A program made the translations under genes and the position numbers. A DNA stretch of 64,000 bases, taken from Catajapyx aquilonaris. Its lineage: Eukaryota. The stretch covers positions 1 to 64,000 of the forward strand of contig JYFJ02000862.1 of the NCBI GenBank assembly GCA_000934665.2, written 5' to 3'. How positions within the stretch are numbered: the first letter of the stretch is position 1; every line of letters begins with the position of its first letter. The notes beneath the pieces are model-generated. The model saw only the letters and a list, made by a program, of their open reading frames with translations. It ran no database searches and had not been told where the DNA came from. Below are positions 11,106-23,727 of the stretch, piece after piece.

Positions 11106-13046
11106 ATGATTCTGTGGCTGATTTTAGTGGTCCTGTTGGTGATTCTGCTGATCAGATATGCTACCAAACGACACCAGAACTTTCCTCCAGGTCAGTTGAA
11201 TGCAATGTTTTGGTTGCTGGAATTTGTGATAATCATATAATCACGTAGGGTCGTAGGGGATCACTTCATGAAGAAATGTCACTTGGTCGCCTATCGTGTG
11301 AGATGAGTTAATTTGCATTAAGTGGGCCCAACTGGCTTGCATTCTTAATTAAAAGTTGTTGGTTAAGCGCAAATGTCAAGGTCGTACAATGGGATGCATA
11401 CATGCCAGGATATTCATGCCATGTATTTAATTGTCAGTTTCTCGACAATGCGGCTGTGTAGACCAAATGACATCTCTACATCAAATAATCCTCTTTATGC
11501 CATTAGTGCAATACTACAGAAGGAAACCAAACATTATACAACAATCAAATGTTTTCAGGTCCACGTGTGCTCCCATTGATAGGCAGCAGCCTGTCCCTGT
11601 TCAAAAAGGGTCGATTGATTCACGAGAGTATGGCAGACTTGGGCAAACAGTATGGACCTTTAGTCGGCATGTACATGGCAAGTGCGCCGCTCATACTGGT
11701 CAGCGGATACGAAGCTGTCAAGCAGTGCTTGATGAATGACACTTTCAGTGGACGTCCCAAGGGATTCACACTCAACTCACGTGATGAGAGACTCGGAATC
11801 ATGTTTGTGGACGGTGACCTCTGGAAGGAGCAGCGTCGCTTCATGCTGTGGCATCTGAGGGACTTTGGCTTCGGGAAAGGTCAGATGGAGTACATCATAC
11901 ATGAGGAAGTATCCGACCTGCTTCAGAACATGGAAACATCTGAGCTGGTGCATGTGACAGATCTGTTTGGTGTGTCGGTCATCAATGTCCTGTGGGCCAT
12001 GATGGCTGGTAAGAGGTACCCGCACGGTGACCAGGAGCTGACCCGTCTTCTTAAGATTGTGGACGACATGTTCAGGAGCGGACAGTCCAAGTCCAACCAA
12101 ATCTGGGCAGCTTTTCCCAGGCTCCGTAAAGTGTTTCCAAAAGTGTCAGGATTAGCCCTGGAGAAAGAAAGGCAGATTGCAATGGAAACATTCATACAGG
12201 ACACCATCAACGCTCATAAGGATACATTCGATGAAAATTGCATGCGGGATTATATTGATGCGTACCTGAAGGAAATGCAACAAGCACCACCAGGCTCGTC
12301 CTTTACAGGTATGCAATGTACTACGGACTGAATGGACTTGATTCGTGTAACATTCTGTATGTTTTCAGAGCGTCAGCTGGTAGTGTCCTGCATGGACATG
12401 TTCATGGCAGGATCCGAGACAACCAGCAGCTTTCTGGGCTTCAGTCTCCTGTACATGGTCCGCTATCCGGATGTCCAACGGAAGGTCCAAGCTGAGCTGG
12501 ACAGGGTGGTGGGACAGTCCCGTCTCCCTTCCCAGAAGGACAGGTTGGAGCTGGTCTACACGGAGGCCACTCTTCTGGAGCTGTTCAGACTTGCAGCCAT
12601 TGCTCCTTTGTCCATAATGCATGCTGCCATGGCCGACACGGAGTTCATGGGTTACTCCATCCCGAAGGACACGTTCTTGTCGGTCAACTTCTGGTCGCTT
12701 CATATGGACAAGGAACATTGGGGCGACCCAGAGGTCTTCAGGCCGGAGAGGTTCATCAAAGATGGGAAGTTGGAGAGGGATGAGTGGGTCATGCCTTTCG
12801 GTGCAGGTGAGTTGTTGCACTTTTGTTCTGCAAGACTGAACCCAAACTTCTACCGTCGTTGCAGGCAAGAGGGCATGCGCTGGTGAGTCCCTGGCAAGAG
12901 GGACTTCCTTCCTGTTCTTCACTGCGGTGATGCAAAGGTTCACCCTGGAGGTGCCCCAGGGTCAGCCTCCTCCTGACCTCACTCCTGTGGCTGGATTCAC
13001 ACTGGCTCCCAAGCCGTACTCCATCAAGGCTACTCTGCGAATGTGA
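11106..13046 (+). CDS. Cytochrome P450, CYP2 clan, paralog C, 484 aa, 4 exons
   Basis: Exons 11106-11190, 11559-12308, 12369-12806, 12865-13046. [31 protein letters not shown] at ~13079. Confidence 0.93.
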
Positions 13047-13530
13047 AGTGTTCATTGTATAAATTAACAATTTTTCATAATAAAATTATAGACTGCAAAC
13101 TACTCATCCTTCACTTCCTGCAGTGATTGGCCAGATAAAGCAAAAAACTGTCTATAAATCACTGTAATTACAGGTAAAAAAAATTGAAAATTACATTCCA
13201 AGTGGATTGTGCTGCAATTTTCCGTAGATCTTGCCATCAGAGGGTGTGTATGATACCATGTGTATGTGATGCAATCTAATGTGTTATGACAATTTTTTTC
13301 AATTAAATTCAATGACTGTCCGATCTTGCGTCATGTCACGACCTTGAGTGATAATAGCCTCACTGATGCAACTTGTTTATCATAAAAGCTCAAGAGGCAT
13401 AAGATAGAGCATACCAAATGCGCTCTGGACATTCCTAATATTCGGAGTTGCTGAAAAGGTGACTATAATTTTATCTGACGTTATTTTGCTCATTAGATGT
13501 GTTTGTAATGATAGGTATTTTCTGCAGGGC

Positions 13531-15184
13531 ATGGAAATGATTTTGTGGGTGGTGTTAGTGGTCCTGTTGGTGGTTCTACTGCTCAAAAATGCTACTAAAC
13601 GACACAAGAACTTTCCTCCAGGTCAGTTGAAAACATCCTGCATTTATAATGGAGTTGTCAAAATAACTGTCAAACTTTTGCAGGCCCAACTCCTCTGCCT
13701 GTGGTTGGCAGCATGCTGAGCGGCTTCAAAAAAGATAAAATGTTTCATGAAAGCCATGTAGAGCTGAGCAAACAGTACGGACCTGTAATCGGTATGTACA
13801 TGGGTAGCCTCCCAGCAGTAATGGTCACTGGATACGAAGCAGTCAAGCAGTGCTTGTTGACCGAATCTTTGAACGGCCGTCCCAAGAGTATCATACTCAA
13901 CTCATTTGATCAGCGACTAGGAATCATGTTTACGGATGGCGACTATTGGAAGGAGCAGCGTCGCTTCATGCTGTGGCACCTGAGGGACTTTGGCTTCGGA
14001 AAAGGTGAGATGGAGTCCATCATTCATGAAGAGGTGTCAGAATTGCTGGACCAGGTTGAGAAGCAGAGCTCCAACTCCGAGCTGGTGTCGGTGAATGATG
14101 TGTTTGGTGTGTCGGTCATCAACGTGCTGTGGGCCATGATGGCCGGTAAGAGGTACCCGCACGGTGACCAGCAGTTGATCCGTCTTCTGAAGATTGTGGA
14201 CTACATGTTCAGGACGGGACAGTCCAAGTCCAACCAAATATGGCAAGCTTTCCCCAGGCTCAGGAAATTCTTTGCCAAAGCTTCAGGCTATGCCATAGAG
14301 AGAGAAAGGCAGATTTCAATGGAAACATTCATACAGGACACCATCAACGCCCATAAGGAGACGTTTGATGAAAATTGCATGCGGGATTACATCGATGCCT
14401 ACCTGAAGGAAATGCGACAAGCACCACCAGGCTCGTCATTTACAGGTATGCAATGTACTGTGGACTGAATGGACTTAGTGTATTACTCTGTATATGTTTT
14501 CAGAGCGCCAACTGGTAGTGGCCTGCAATGATATGTTCTTGGCTGGGGCTGAGTCAACTAGCAACTTCCTGGGCTTCGGCCTTCTGTACATGGTCCGTTA
14601 TCCGGATGTCCAACGCAAGGTCCAGGCTGAGCTGGACAGAGTTGTTGGACGGTCCCGTCTCCCTTCCCAGAAGGACAGGTTGGAGCTGGTCTACACGGAG
14701 GCCACTCTTCTGGAGCTGTTCAGACTGACATCAATTGCTCCTGTGTCTGTACCACACTCTGCGATGACCGACACAGAGTTCATGGGCTACACAATACCGG
14801 AGGACACTTTCATCTCGGTCAACTTGTGGTCTCTACATATGGACAAGGACCACTGGGGTGATCCGGAGATGTTCAGGCCAGAGAGGTTCATTAAGGACGG
14901 GAAGATCAACCGAGACGAGTGGGTGGTGCCCTTTGGTATTGGTGAGTTATTGTCCTTCAGGGCAACTGAACTTTACTTCAGTCGCAACTTATTTCCTTGC
15001 AGGAAAGAGGGCATGTGCTGGCGAGTCCCTGGCACGGGGGACTTCCTTCCTGTTCTTCACTGCGGTGATGCAGAGGTTCACTCTGGAGGTGCCCCAGGGT
15101 CAGCCTCCTCCTGACCTCAAACCACTGGGCGGATTCACACTGGCTCCCAAGCCATACTCCGTCAAGGCTACATTGCGAATGTGA
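13531..15184 (+). CDS. Cytochrome P450, CYP2 clan, paralog D, 490 aa, 4 coding exons (I-helix AGAEST)
   Basis: Exons 13531-13621, 13684-14445, 14504-14941, 15003-15184. ELFR, PERF, PFGIGKRACAG. Confidence 0.93.
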
Positions 15185-15383
15185 TATCATTAAACATTTA
15201 AAACATTTTCAATGGGAAAATACCTACAGAAGTTATGGCGACTGTAACAACTTTAGTACATCTAACATAAAAAATTATACACTTTCAATACAGGAACATA
15301 AAACATTTGGAACTGGAATGTAAGTTAACATTGACTGGGTTCAGGATTTTTTAAAATCTTGGCACAAACATATTTTGACATCA

Positions 15384-15446
15384 TTACATCTCTCCATGGA
15401 TTCGCAATTCGGTGCAGAGCTCATATACAAAGCTTTCCAGCATACT
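15384..15446 (-). pseudogene. Duplicated copy of the SNX25 terminal coding exon (relic or alternative last exon)
   Basis: Acceptor ttgcag followed by SMLESFVYELCTELRIHGEM*, versus NMLESFIYELCPELRRHGEM* at 18293-18231. It lies inside a duplicated block: ~15185-15595 corresponds to ~18023-18435. Confidence 0.8.
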
Positions 15447-16370
15447 CTGCAACAAACAGCGGAAATGAAGGATCTCCGCTGCGAAATCTCCCTTCACTCT
15501 ATCAGCATATGACCTCAAATGCAAATCGGCCTTTGCCTCTTGCACATTATGCATATTTTCATTTCATGCTTAATTAACAGGTCAATTTGTCTGTATAACG
15601 TGAAATGTACCATATATTGAATGAAATGAAAGGATATTTAATTATGGACGGAAAACAAAACAATGGTCAATGTGATAGGTTTGACCTTGGGTATTTTTAC
15701 ACATTGCACATGTAGGCTACTAATAAAGTTGTGATTCCTTCATGTTAATCTACACTGCTTTTTTGTGCAGTCAGAAAATAGCTGACAAGTCTGTTATATC
15801 CAGATTCAACTGGCACTCCTGGAAATATGAAGGGGCCGACATTCCTGCTTGTTTATAGCCGATGTGCTTACACGCTTACAGTATACGAGGATGCCTACTT
15901 TTTCAGTTACATCACTGGTTACATTCACCTGAATCTGTGTGACCTTGAACCCCAATAAAATTTAGGCTGCGGCGGGCTTGTCTGCTCTTTGCTGATTTAC
16001 CATTTTACGACAAGTTGAACCTTAGTTGAACATGACTTTTGTGCAGTTCTATAAAAAAATCGATTTATGTTGATGTTTTGGGACGATATAACTCTCTCGG
16101 TTGGCAATGTTGCGATGTGACCGCCTGTGTAATGATAGTCATATCTTGCATCAAACGCCCTTGATCGATAACAGCTTCACTGTACAACTTGGCTGTCCCC
16201 AGAATAGCTCAAGAGACAGAAGAGAGAGAGTACCAAATGCGCTGTGGTCATTCCTAATATTCAGAGTTGCTTAAAAGGTGACTATCATTTTTTTTTTGGT
16301 TGGGCGGACGGGGACGGGGACGTAATTTTGCTCATTAGAGGTGTTTGTAATGAGGTATTTTCTGCAGGGC

Positions 16371-18022
16371 ATGGAAATGATTTTGTGGGTGGTGCTAGTG
16401 GTCCTGTTGGTGGTTCTGCTGCTCAGAAATGCTACCAAACGACACAAGAACTTTCCTCCAGGTCAGTTGAAAACATCCTGCATTTATAATAGAGTTGTCA
16501 AAATAACTGTCACACTTTTGCAGGCCCAACTCCTCTGCCTCTGATTGGCAGCATGCTGAGCTGGGGCAAAAAGGGTCAACTGTTTCATGAAAGCGCAATA
16601 GATCTGAGCAAACAGTACGGACCTGTAGTCGGTATGTACATGGGTAGCCTCCCAGCAGTAATGGTCACTGGATACGAAGCAGTCAAGCAGTGCTTGTTGA
16701 CGGAATCTTTGAACGGCCGTCCCAAGGGCCGCATATTCAACTCGTTTGGTCAGCGACTAGGGATCTTATTTGTGGATGGCGACTATTGGAAGGAGCAGCG
16801 TCGCTTCATGCTGTGGCACCTGAGGGACTTTGGCTTCGGAAAAGGTGAGATGGAGTCCATCATACATGAAGAGGTGTCAGAATTGCTGGACCAGGTTGAG
16901 AAGCAGAGCTCCAACTCCGAGCTGGTGTCGGTGACGGATCTGTTTGGAGTGTCGGTCATCAACGTGCTGTGGGCCATGATGGCTGGTAAGAGGTACCCGC
17001 ATGGTGACAAGGAGCTGACCCGTCTTTTTAAGATTGTGGACAATATGTTCCGGACTGGACGGTCCAGGTCCAGCCAAATCTGGGCTGCTTTCCCCAGGCT
17101 CCAAAAATTGTTCCCAAAAGTGTCAGGATTAGCCCTGGAGAAAGAAATGCAGATTGCAATTGAGACATTCATACAGGACACCATCAACACTCATAAGGAG
17201 ACATTTGATGAAAATTGCATGCGAGATTACATCGATGCATACCTGAAGGAAATGCGACAAGCACCACCAGGCTCGTCCTTTACAGGTATGCAATGTACTG
17301 TGGACTGAATGGACTTAGTGTATTACTCTGTATGTTTTCAGAGCGCCAACTGGTAGTGGCCTGCATGGATATGTTCTTGGCAGGATCCGAGACAACCAGC
17401 AGCTTTCTGGGCTTCGGCCTCCTGTACATGGTCCGTTATCCTGATGTCCAACGGAAGGTCCAAGCTGAGCTGGACAGAGTTGTGGGACAGTCCCGTCTCC
17501 CTTCCCAGAAGGACAGGTCGGAGCTGGTCTACACAGAGGCCACTCTTCTGGAGCTGTTCAGACTTGCATCAATTGCTCCTGTGGCTGTACCGCACACTGC
17601 CATGACCGACACCGAGTTCATGGGCTACACAATACCGGAGGACACTTTCATCTCTGTCAACTTCTGGTCACTACATATGGACAAGGACCACTGGGGCGAT
17701 CCGGAGATGTTCAGGCCAGAGAGGTTCATTAAGGACGGGAAGATAGACCGAGACGAGTGGGTGGTGCCCTTTGGTATCGGTGAGTTATTGTACTTTAGGG
17801 CAACTGAACTTTACTTCAGTCGCCACTGATTTCTTTGCAGGAAAGAGGGCATGTGCTGGCGAGTCCCTGGCACGGGGGACTTCCTTCCTGTTCTTCACTG
17901 CGGTGATGCATAGGTTCACCCTGGAGGTGCCCCAGGGTCAGCCTCCTCCTGACCTCAAACCATTGGGCGGATTCACACTAGCTCCCAAGCCATACTCCGT
18001 CAAGGCTACATTGCGAATGTGA
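16371..18022 (+). CDS. Cytochrome P450, CYP2 clan, paralog E, 490 aa, 4 coding exons
   Basis: Exons 16371-16461, 16524-17285, 17342-17779, 17841-18022. AGSETT, ELFR, PERF, PFGIGKRACAG. Recent duplicate of paralog D (offset ~2840 bp, introns alignable). Confidence 0.93.
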
Positions 18023-18230
18023 TTACATCATTAAAAATTTAAAACATTTTCAATAGGGAAATACCCACAGAAGTTATGGCGACTCTGTAACAACTTTAAT
18101 AGTACATCTAACATCAAAAAATATACACTTTAAATATAGGAACATAAAACATTTTGAACTGGAATGGAAGTTAACATTGACTAGGTTCACGATTTTTTTT
18201 AAATATTGGCACAAACAATTTTTGACATCA

Positions 18231-21200
18231 TTACATCTCTCCATGGCGTCGTAATTCCGGGCAGAGCTCGTATATGAAGCTTTCCAGCATATTCTGCAAC
18301 AAACAGCAGGAATGAAGGATCTATGCTGCGAAAGCTCCCTTCACTTTATCAGCGTATGACCTCAAATGCAAAACGGCCTTTGCCTCTTGCACATGATGCA
18401 TATTCATGCGTAATTAACAGGTCAATCTGTATGTAGGATGCAACTCCTGGTACTCACGTAAAAGAGTTGTTTGTTGAGCCTGCAGTCCTGCAAGCAGTCA
18501 AACACCTTGACCACACCTCTCCTTGCGTTCTGCTGGCCCACCAGGTTGGACAGAACTTCCGGTATACTCCCAAGGACCATCTCTCGAGCCTCCAACCTGG
18601 TCCGGTTCTTCTCCTCCCAGCTCTTCCTCTCCACTCCGTTGTTCTTAGCTAGCTCCCCATTCGGCCACCATGCCTTTGAGAACAGCTGCAGGTAGTACGC
18701 CACCATGGTTTCGGACACCAACCAACCTAACAGAACAAGAGATTATAATGTGCAAGTCGTACGGTTGTAAGGACTAACCTGCCGTTTCTCTCAGCTGCCT
18801 ACTAATAGTGCGGCCGTAAGTAATCTGCACGAAGGTAATGAGAGTGCGACGGAGCCACTTGAACACACCCCTTTGATCAAACACCTCAGATACAAGCGCA
18901 TACAGTGGCTCTGCTATCGAGTCTCGTCTGTCCTCGCGTGAGCCGCCAGCAGCGTTTCCGGCACCACCTCCCTCGGGATCATCCAGTAGCAGAGAATCTT
19001 CCTCATCACTATCTTTACTCCCATCTTTAGTCTCGGACGAAGCAGAACTGCAGAAAGAACAAGTCATCATAAGTCATGTCCTAACCCGAAGTGACTAAAA
19101 TTGAAAAAGTCGGTTAAATGTACAAGAAATCTCCACGCAGCCGACCTTTTAAACAGTGTGGTGAATGAGAATTTGGCCTTTTTCGGTGAGTTTGGCAGGG
19201 CTTGTTTGAGGTGCTCCGGACTCGGGCTGAGAAACGCGTAGAGGCCCTCACATTTGTTGAGTCGCTCGTCCTGCAGAACCACGTCCAGAAACTTCTGCAG
19301 GAGCTGCTTCCCCTTCTCGCATGTGCTCTTCTCGTTCCCTTTTCCAAACAGGGGCTTGCTCTGTTGGCTGTTTGGAAGGTCCAGGCTCTTCACGGACGTA
19401 GTCAACTGGCTGGAATGGTGCGGAACGAATAAAATCGCAGTGAAGATTGACATTATCTGCTTACCCAAGCTTCCGTTGCAGGTCATGAAAGTCAGCTACT
19501 CTCCTCGTAAGATGCCAGGCTGTGTGTGCATGTGTGTCCTGCGGTGGACTGCTTCTTCCGCCAGGTAAATGCACCACCATTTTGGCCACCATTTCCCCTG
19601 ACGATCCACTAGAAGGAGCTTCCTCTCCGTCTCCTGATCCTCCAGCGCCTCCCATACACTCGACGGATAGCACTCTGGCCCTCCACTGCCCCAGCAGCTC
19701 TCCCCAGGCCTCAGTTCTACGCAGGTGCGTGTCAAGTTGCCGTCTGTCCTCCTGCAGTCCTTCCCCTTCTTTCTCGACTACTCCCAACACACGAGATTCG
19801 GCTTTGAGCGAACCCCTCAGAGCCTGCAGAGCCTGACTCTTGTTCACCAGACGCTCGTCAAGTTGATCCAATTTGCGCCGTGCAAAACTGGAGTGATCGC
19901 AAAGGTGCAGAACGCTGGTACCGCCACTGCCGCTCACTTCCTGATTCTCTCCAGCTTGGTCCGACTCTTCCGCTACGAAATCAAACGATTAAGCAACTGA
20001 CTTGGACAACTCAGCTGCATACTAACTTGATCCAGGTTGCATGAAATCTACCCCACTTTCCTCCGCATCTGTCAGCATCCTGTGGTAGATGTCACTGACC
20101 AAAAATGAAGGGTAATGCTGGTGCTCCAATGTCCGCCAGACTTCCTCCTGAACCTCGTAAAACACATCTGGACCCTTATCTCCAGTCAGGAATGATCCCA
20201 TACGCTTCAATATTGCCTGGAAACACAATCAGCAATCTCACACATACTTCACGACATAACAAGACTGAATTATGCACCACCGATGAATAAAGAAAAAGCT
20301 GACGATTCAAACTGACCTCGGACATTTAAAATATTTTCAAAACTGCATTTACATGTGAGCGATTTGATCATGAACAATCGTAGTATATTTTTCGCTCCAA
20401 AAATTGGTCTCATCACCGAACCTCGCTGATCAAATCGCCTGGATGTACACACGGCTTAAGTTAAAATTCTGCAAGATTATTACATGAATATATTTACCTT
20501 GTCGACTTTAATGCCAGTCGACGGGGAATGGATGTAAGTGTAAAATATCTCTGCGCCCAGCTGATGCCAGAGCTTCTTATCCGCATGGTGTAGTTCTTCG
20601 ACTGCTCCCCAAAAACCAAGCAATGCCTGCCAACCTTTTTCTTCCAAGTAACGATAGAAATATCTCCGAGTAAATGCACTTTCCATTATTACTTGGAACG
20701 ATAGAACCTGAAGATGCGAGGGAAAAAATGTTTAAAAAAAACAATCCACATGAATCCGACAAGCATTTTCCCCAACACCGAAAACTTAAAAAAGGAAGCA
20801 CAGACAGGAAAGATGGAGTATATAAAGCATCCTGATTTCTATATGTTTTAATTTTTAATTTTAAAATAAAAGTAAAATCTCCCATCGATACCTTTTTCCC
20901 TGGCATCAAATCCTTTTTGGATCCACTCTCGACAGAATAGCCCATCCAACCCAAGCCTTTTAGCCGCTTTTCACACTGACTCTTCGCGTACGTTAGCTGA
21001 TTGATATATCGTTTGAGATTTCGTGCCTGGAAAAGATTTATATAGGGGTTTGCACAAAAATTGGAGAGGGAATGACGGACAAACTCTGATAAAAAAAATG
21101 GGCTTCCACATTCCTAGAAACTTCAACGGTAATAATAAAGTGTATACGTTCGACAAATGTAAAGTTCCGAGCAGGACATCATGCAATTTGTAAACACATG

Positions 21201-22705
21201 ATCATGCTCTTCATCGTACTTGCAATAATTCTTGCCTGGTTTAAGTGTTTCTGTTCACACCTCCTTCATTAGACGTTAATATTTTAAAAATGCAGCATAT
21301 GTTAACATGATAGGTGTACACATATAAGTCGTATCCGTTTAAAAAAAAAATTTCAATGCACATCAAAAGCTGCAGCACCAAGTGGACGACAGGCTACAAC
21401 GACGGAAATGAATCAAGTCGAAGTGATAATAATTTCACACCAACCGAACCAAATCGTAATGAACAGGTCAGAAAAAGGAGGCCAACACACGACACTTGTT
21501 AGAGAAGACGACGACAGTTAACAGGCTAATTACTGCGACTCACCTGCAACAAGTCTCCTTTACCTGTGCCTTGCGGTACCGACTCTTTATCCGGATCCAA
21601 TCCTTTAGCTCGCTTCAAATTACTAATCGTAGTCGCTTGCATTATCTCAGTCATTATATTGTACCTGAAAAATATTTTCTGAAGTAGAGGTAACATCTGG
21701 AGTACGTAATACGTACCTTATGTGCTTGAGGTCGTCCAGACTACTGCAGTCGTGTATCATGTGTATGAAGTCCTCGTAACTTGCAGCGTAAGTGTATGTC
21801 CTCCGATGCTGTGCAACTGCGGCCTGTTGCTGCTGTATGTAATGTATCAGCTTCAGGTTGATGTAGTCTGGGTCGCAAAACATGTCCACTGCCGGCTGGA
21901 GGACTGGAAAAGTTAAATATTTCCAATTACCTTTTCGACCATTTTTAATTTTAACAAAAATGAACAAGTGAACATACTGGAGCATGCAAGCACTTCACGA
22001 ATAAGCTTCCTGATCGGTTGGCACTGAGTGTAAGTAGGCGGAAACAGAGTCACAAGCAGTAGTTCAGACACTTTGCGCAAGTATTCAGTCTCCTCTTCAG
22101 CAGTCCGCAGGTGAGGGTGCAGATGAAAAACACCGCCACCTTTCCCTTTGGAGTCGCTGCTGAAATTAATTTCATGCTGTTAGTCACAAAAATATGCAAA
22201 TTTTTTTGGGATGAAAATGAAATCCATGTACAGTAGTAAGAACATGGGGAAAGTAGATTGTACTCAAGTGATGTGCAGCACAAAATGTTATGGGATATAA
22301 CTCACATTCTCTTTTGTTAAAGTATCCACCAGAACACGGCTTTGCATTAAGCAAAGTATGATGCAAATTGAGCTTACAAAACCATGCCTTACACTTCGAA
22401 CATTACTTACACTGTACTCTCGATTATCCGCGATAATTGGAAAACAAGGATAATTGGAATATGGTTGTGGGTACTTTAAAGGGGTGTTAAGGGCTGACCA
22501 GCCAGTGCGGCTCTACAGCCTCTCGTACCCGGTACTGTAAAAATGTGTTACTCACAGGTATTAATGTATTACTGTACGTAGCATACACTGTTTTAGCTAC
22601 AGTTTAACAAAAATAATGAAACTTACCATAAATTTTTATTTTGTCTTCTTGAAAAAAGTCTGTTATATATCTTTGTTTGCCAGACATATTGACATTTTTG
22701 CAGAC

Positions 22706-22773
<68 letters not shown>

Positions 22774-23727
22774 GAGGTGGTCAGGTAATACCTGGACACC
22801 ACTGGCTACCCCTCTATGGGAACTAATGCCATGAAGAAATGTATGTATGTATGTATTATTATTATGGGCAATGCACGGATAATCCCCACCACGGATAATC
22901 GTGACTACAGTCACGAGCTAATGCTACAGTGTATTTAGCATGCACATAATTACGGAACGTACGTTGGGTTGGCTTGGGCAAAGCGAATCTTCTCAAAATG
23001 CTGCGCCATATGGTTCATCACGTCGGCAGTCAAGAATTTGACATAGTCGATCCGACTCAGCCGCTCCTGCGTGTTTTTCAGCATGACCCACAGATCATCT
23101 CTGTAAGAATAATCAGCCCACATTTTGCTAATTGGATTGCAGTTATTATGTGAAATCCTACCTGAAAAGCAGAATTAGCGCATCGTGATGCATGGTCATA
23201 TCTTTAAGCCACGACGACACGTAGTCTCTCATGATCAGGTCCATGATCTCCTGCAGTGCGGTATCGATTGTTCTCGTAAATACCACCGCTGGCTTCGAAG
23301 GTGATCTGCTCTTCTCATATTCCTCTTGCTTCTGCAAATTGATCGTTTAAATTCGCTATTCCGACAATAACATTCAGGTGGAACTTACGGCGACCAGTCC
23401 TTTCAGATAGTTAACTTCCGCAGGCAGCTTGGGCCTGCTCCTGTGCTTGTGTGACAGCAGAACGCAGCCAACCAAAGCAGCCGATGCTCCCAACGTAACG
23501 GAGAAGAAGGTGGCAGCCACCACGATCGCCAAATATATCCAATCCAGATAGTAAACCAGGAAGCAAACGAGCGGCACGAACATCGACGTAATCAACCATA
23601 CCTTTGCAAAAATTAAAACATAAATTTAATTTGCTAATAATTACTTCTGATAGTAAATTTCAATGTTCTGGGGGGAGGGGGGTCATGCCAGGTCATGCAA
23701 CATTTCTCCAGTTACTTTGTGCTCCAT
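18231..23727 (-). CDS. SNX25: Sorting nexin-25-like (TM-PXA-RGS-PX-PXC), about 976 aa
   Basis: Exons: 23727-23716 (MEHK, tentative; alternative start Met at 23583), 23601-23389, 23331-23162, 23100-22963, 22159-21978, 21903-21717, 21664-21544, 21026-20892, 20707-20498, 20216-20027, 19972-19465, 19409-19146, 19047-18779, 18726-18458, 18293-18231. All GT-AG and phase-compatible. Motifs: hydrophobic N-terminus, PXA (LIMRDYVSSW; DPDYIN), ARNLKRYINQL typical of SNX25, RGS (LGFWGAVEE; YPSFLVS), PX (RRVADFHDLQRKL; FLSP), PXC (DSIAEP..EVFD; WWPNG; NKQLFY..ELCPEL). Confidence 0.9.
22411..22911. mobile_element. Degenerate MITE-like element (pogo/Tc1-type TIR) in an SNX25 intron
   Basis: actgtactctcgattatccg (22411-22430) pairs with cggataatcgtgactacagt (22892-22911) at 18/20. 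It accounts for most of this 803-nt intron. Confidence 0.55.
22707..22773. repeat. (TTA)n microsatellite, about 22 units
   Basis: Directly visible. Confidence 0.95.

Noticed and set aside
6729..17190. Recurrent antisense ORFs over the P450 exons
   Set aside because: Shadows of GC-rich P450 codons, repeated only because the genes are paralogous.
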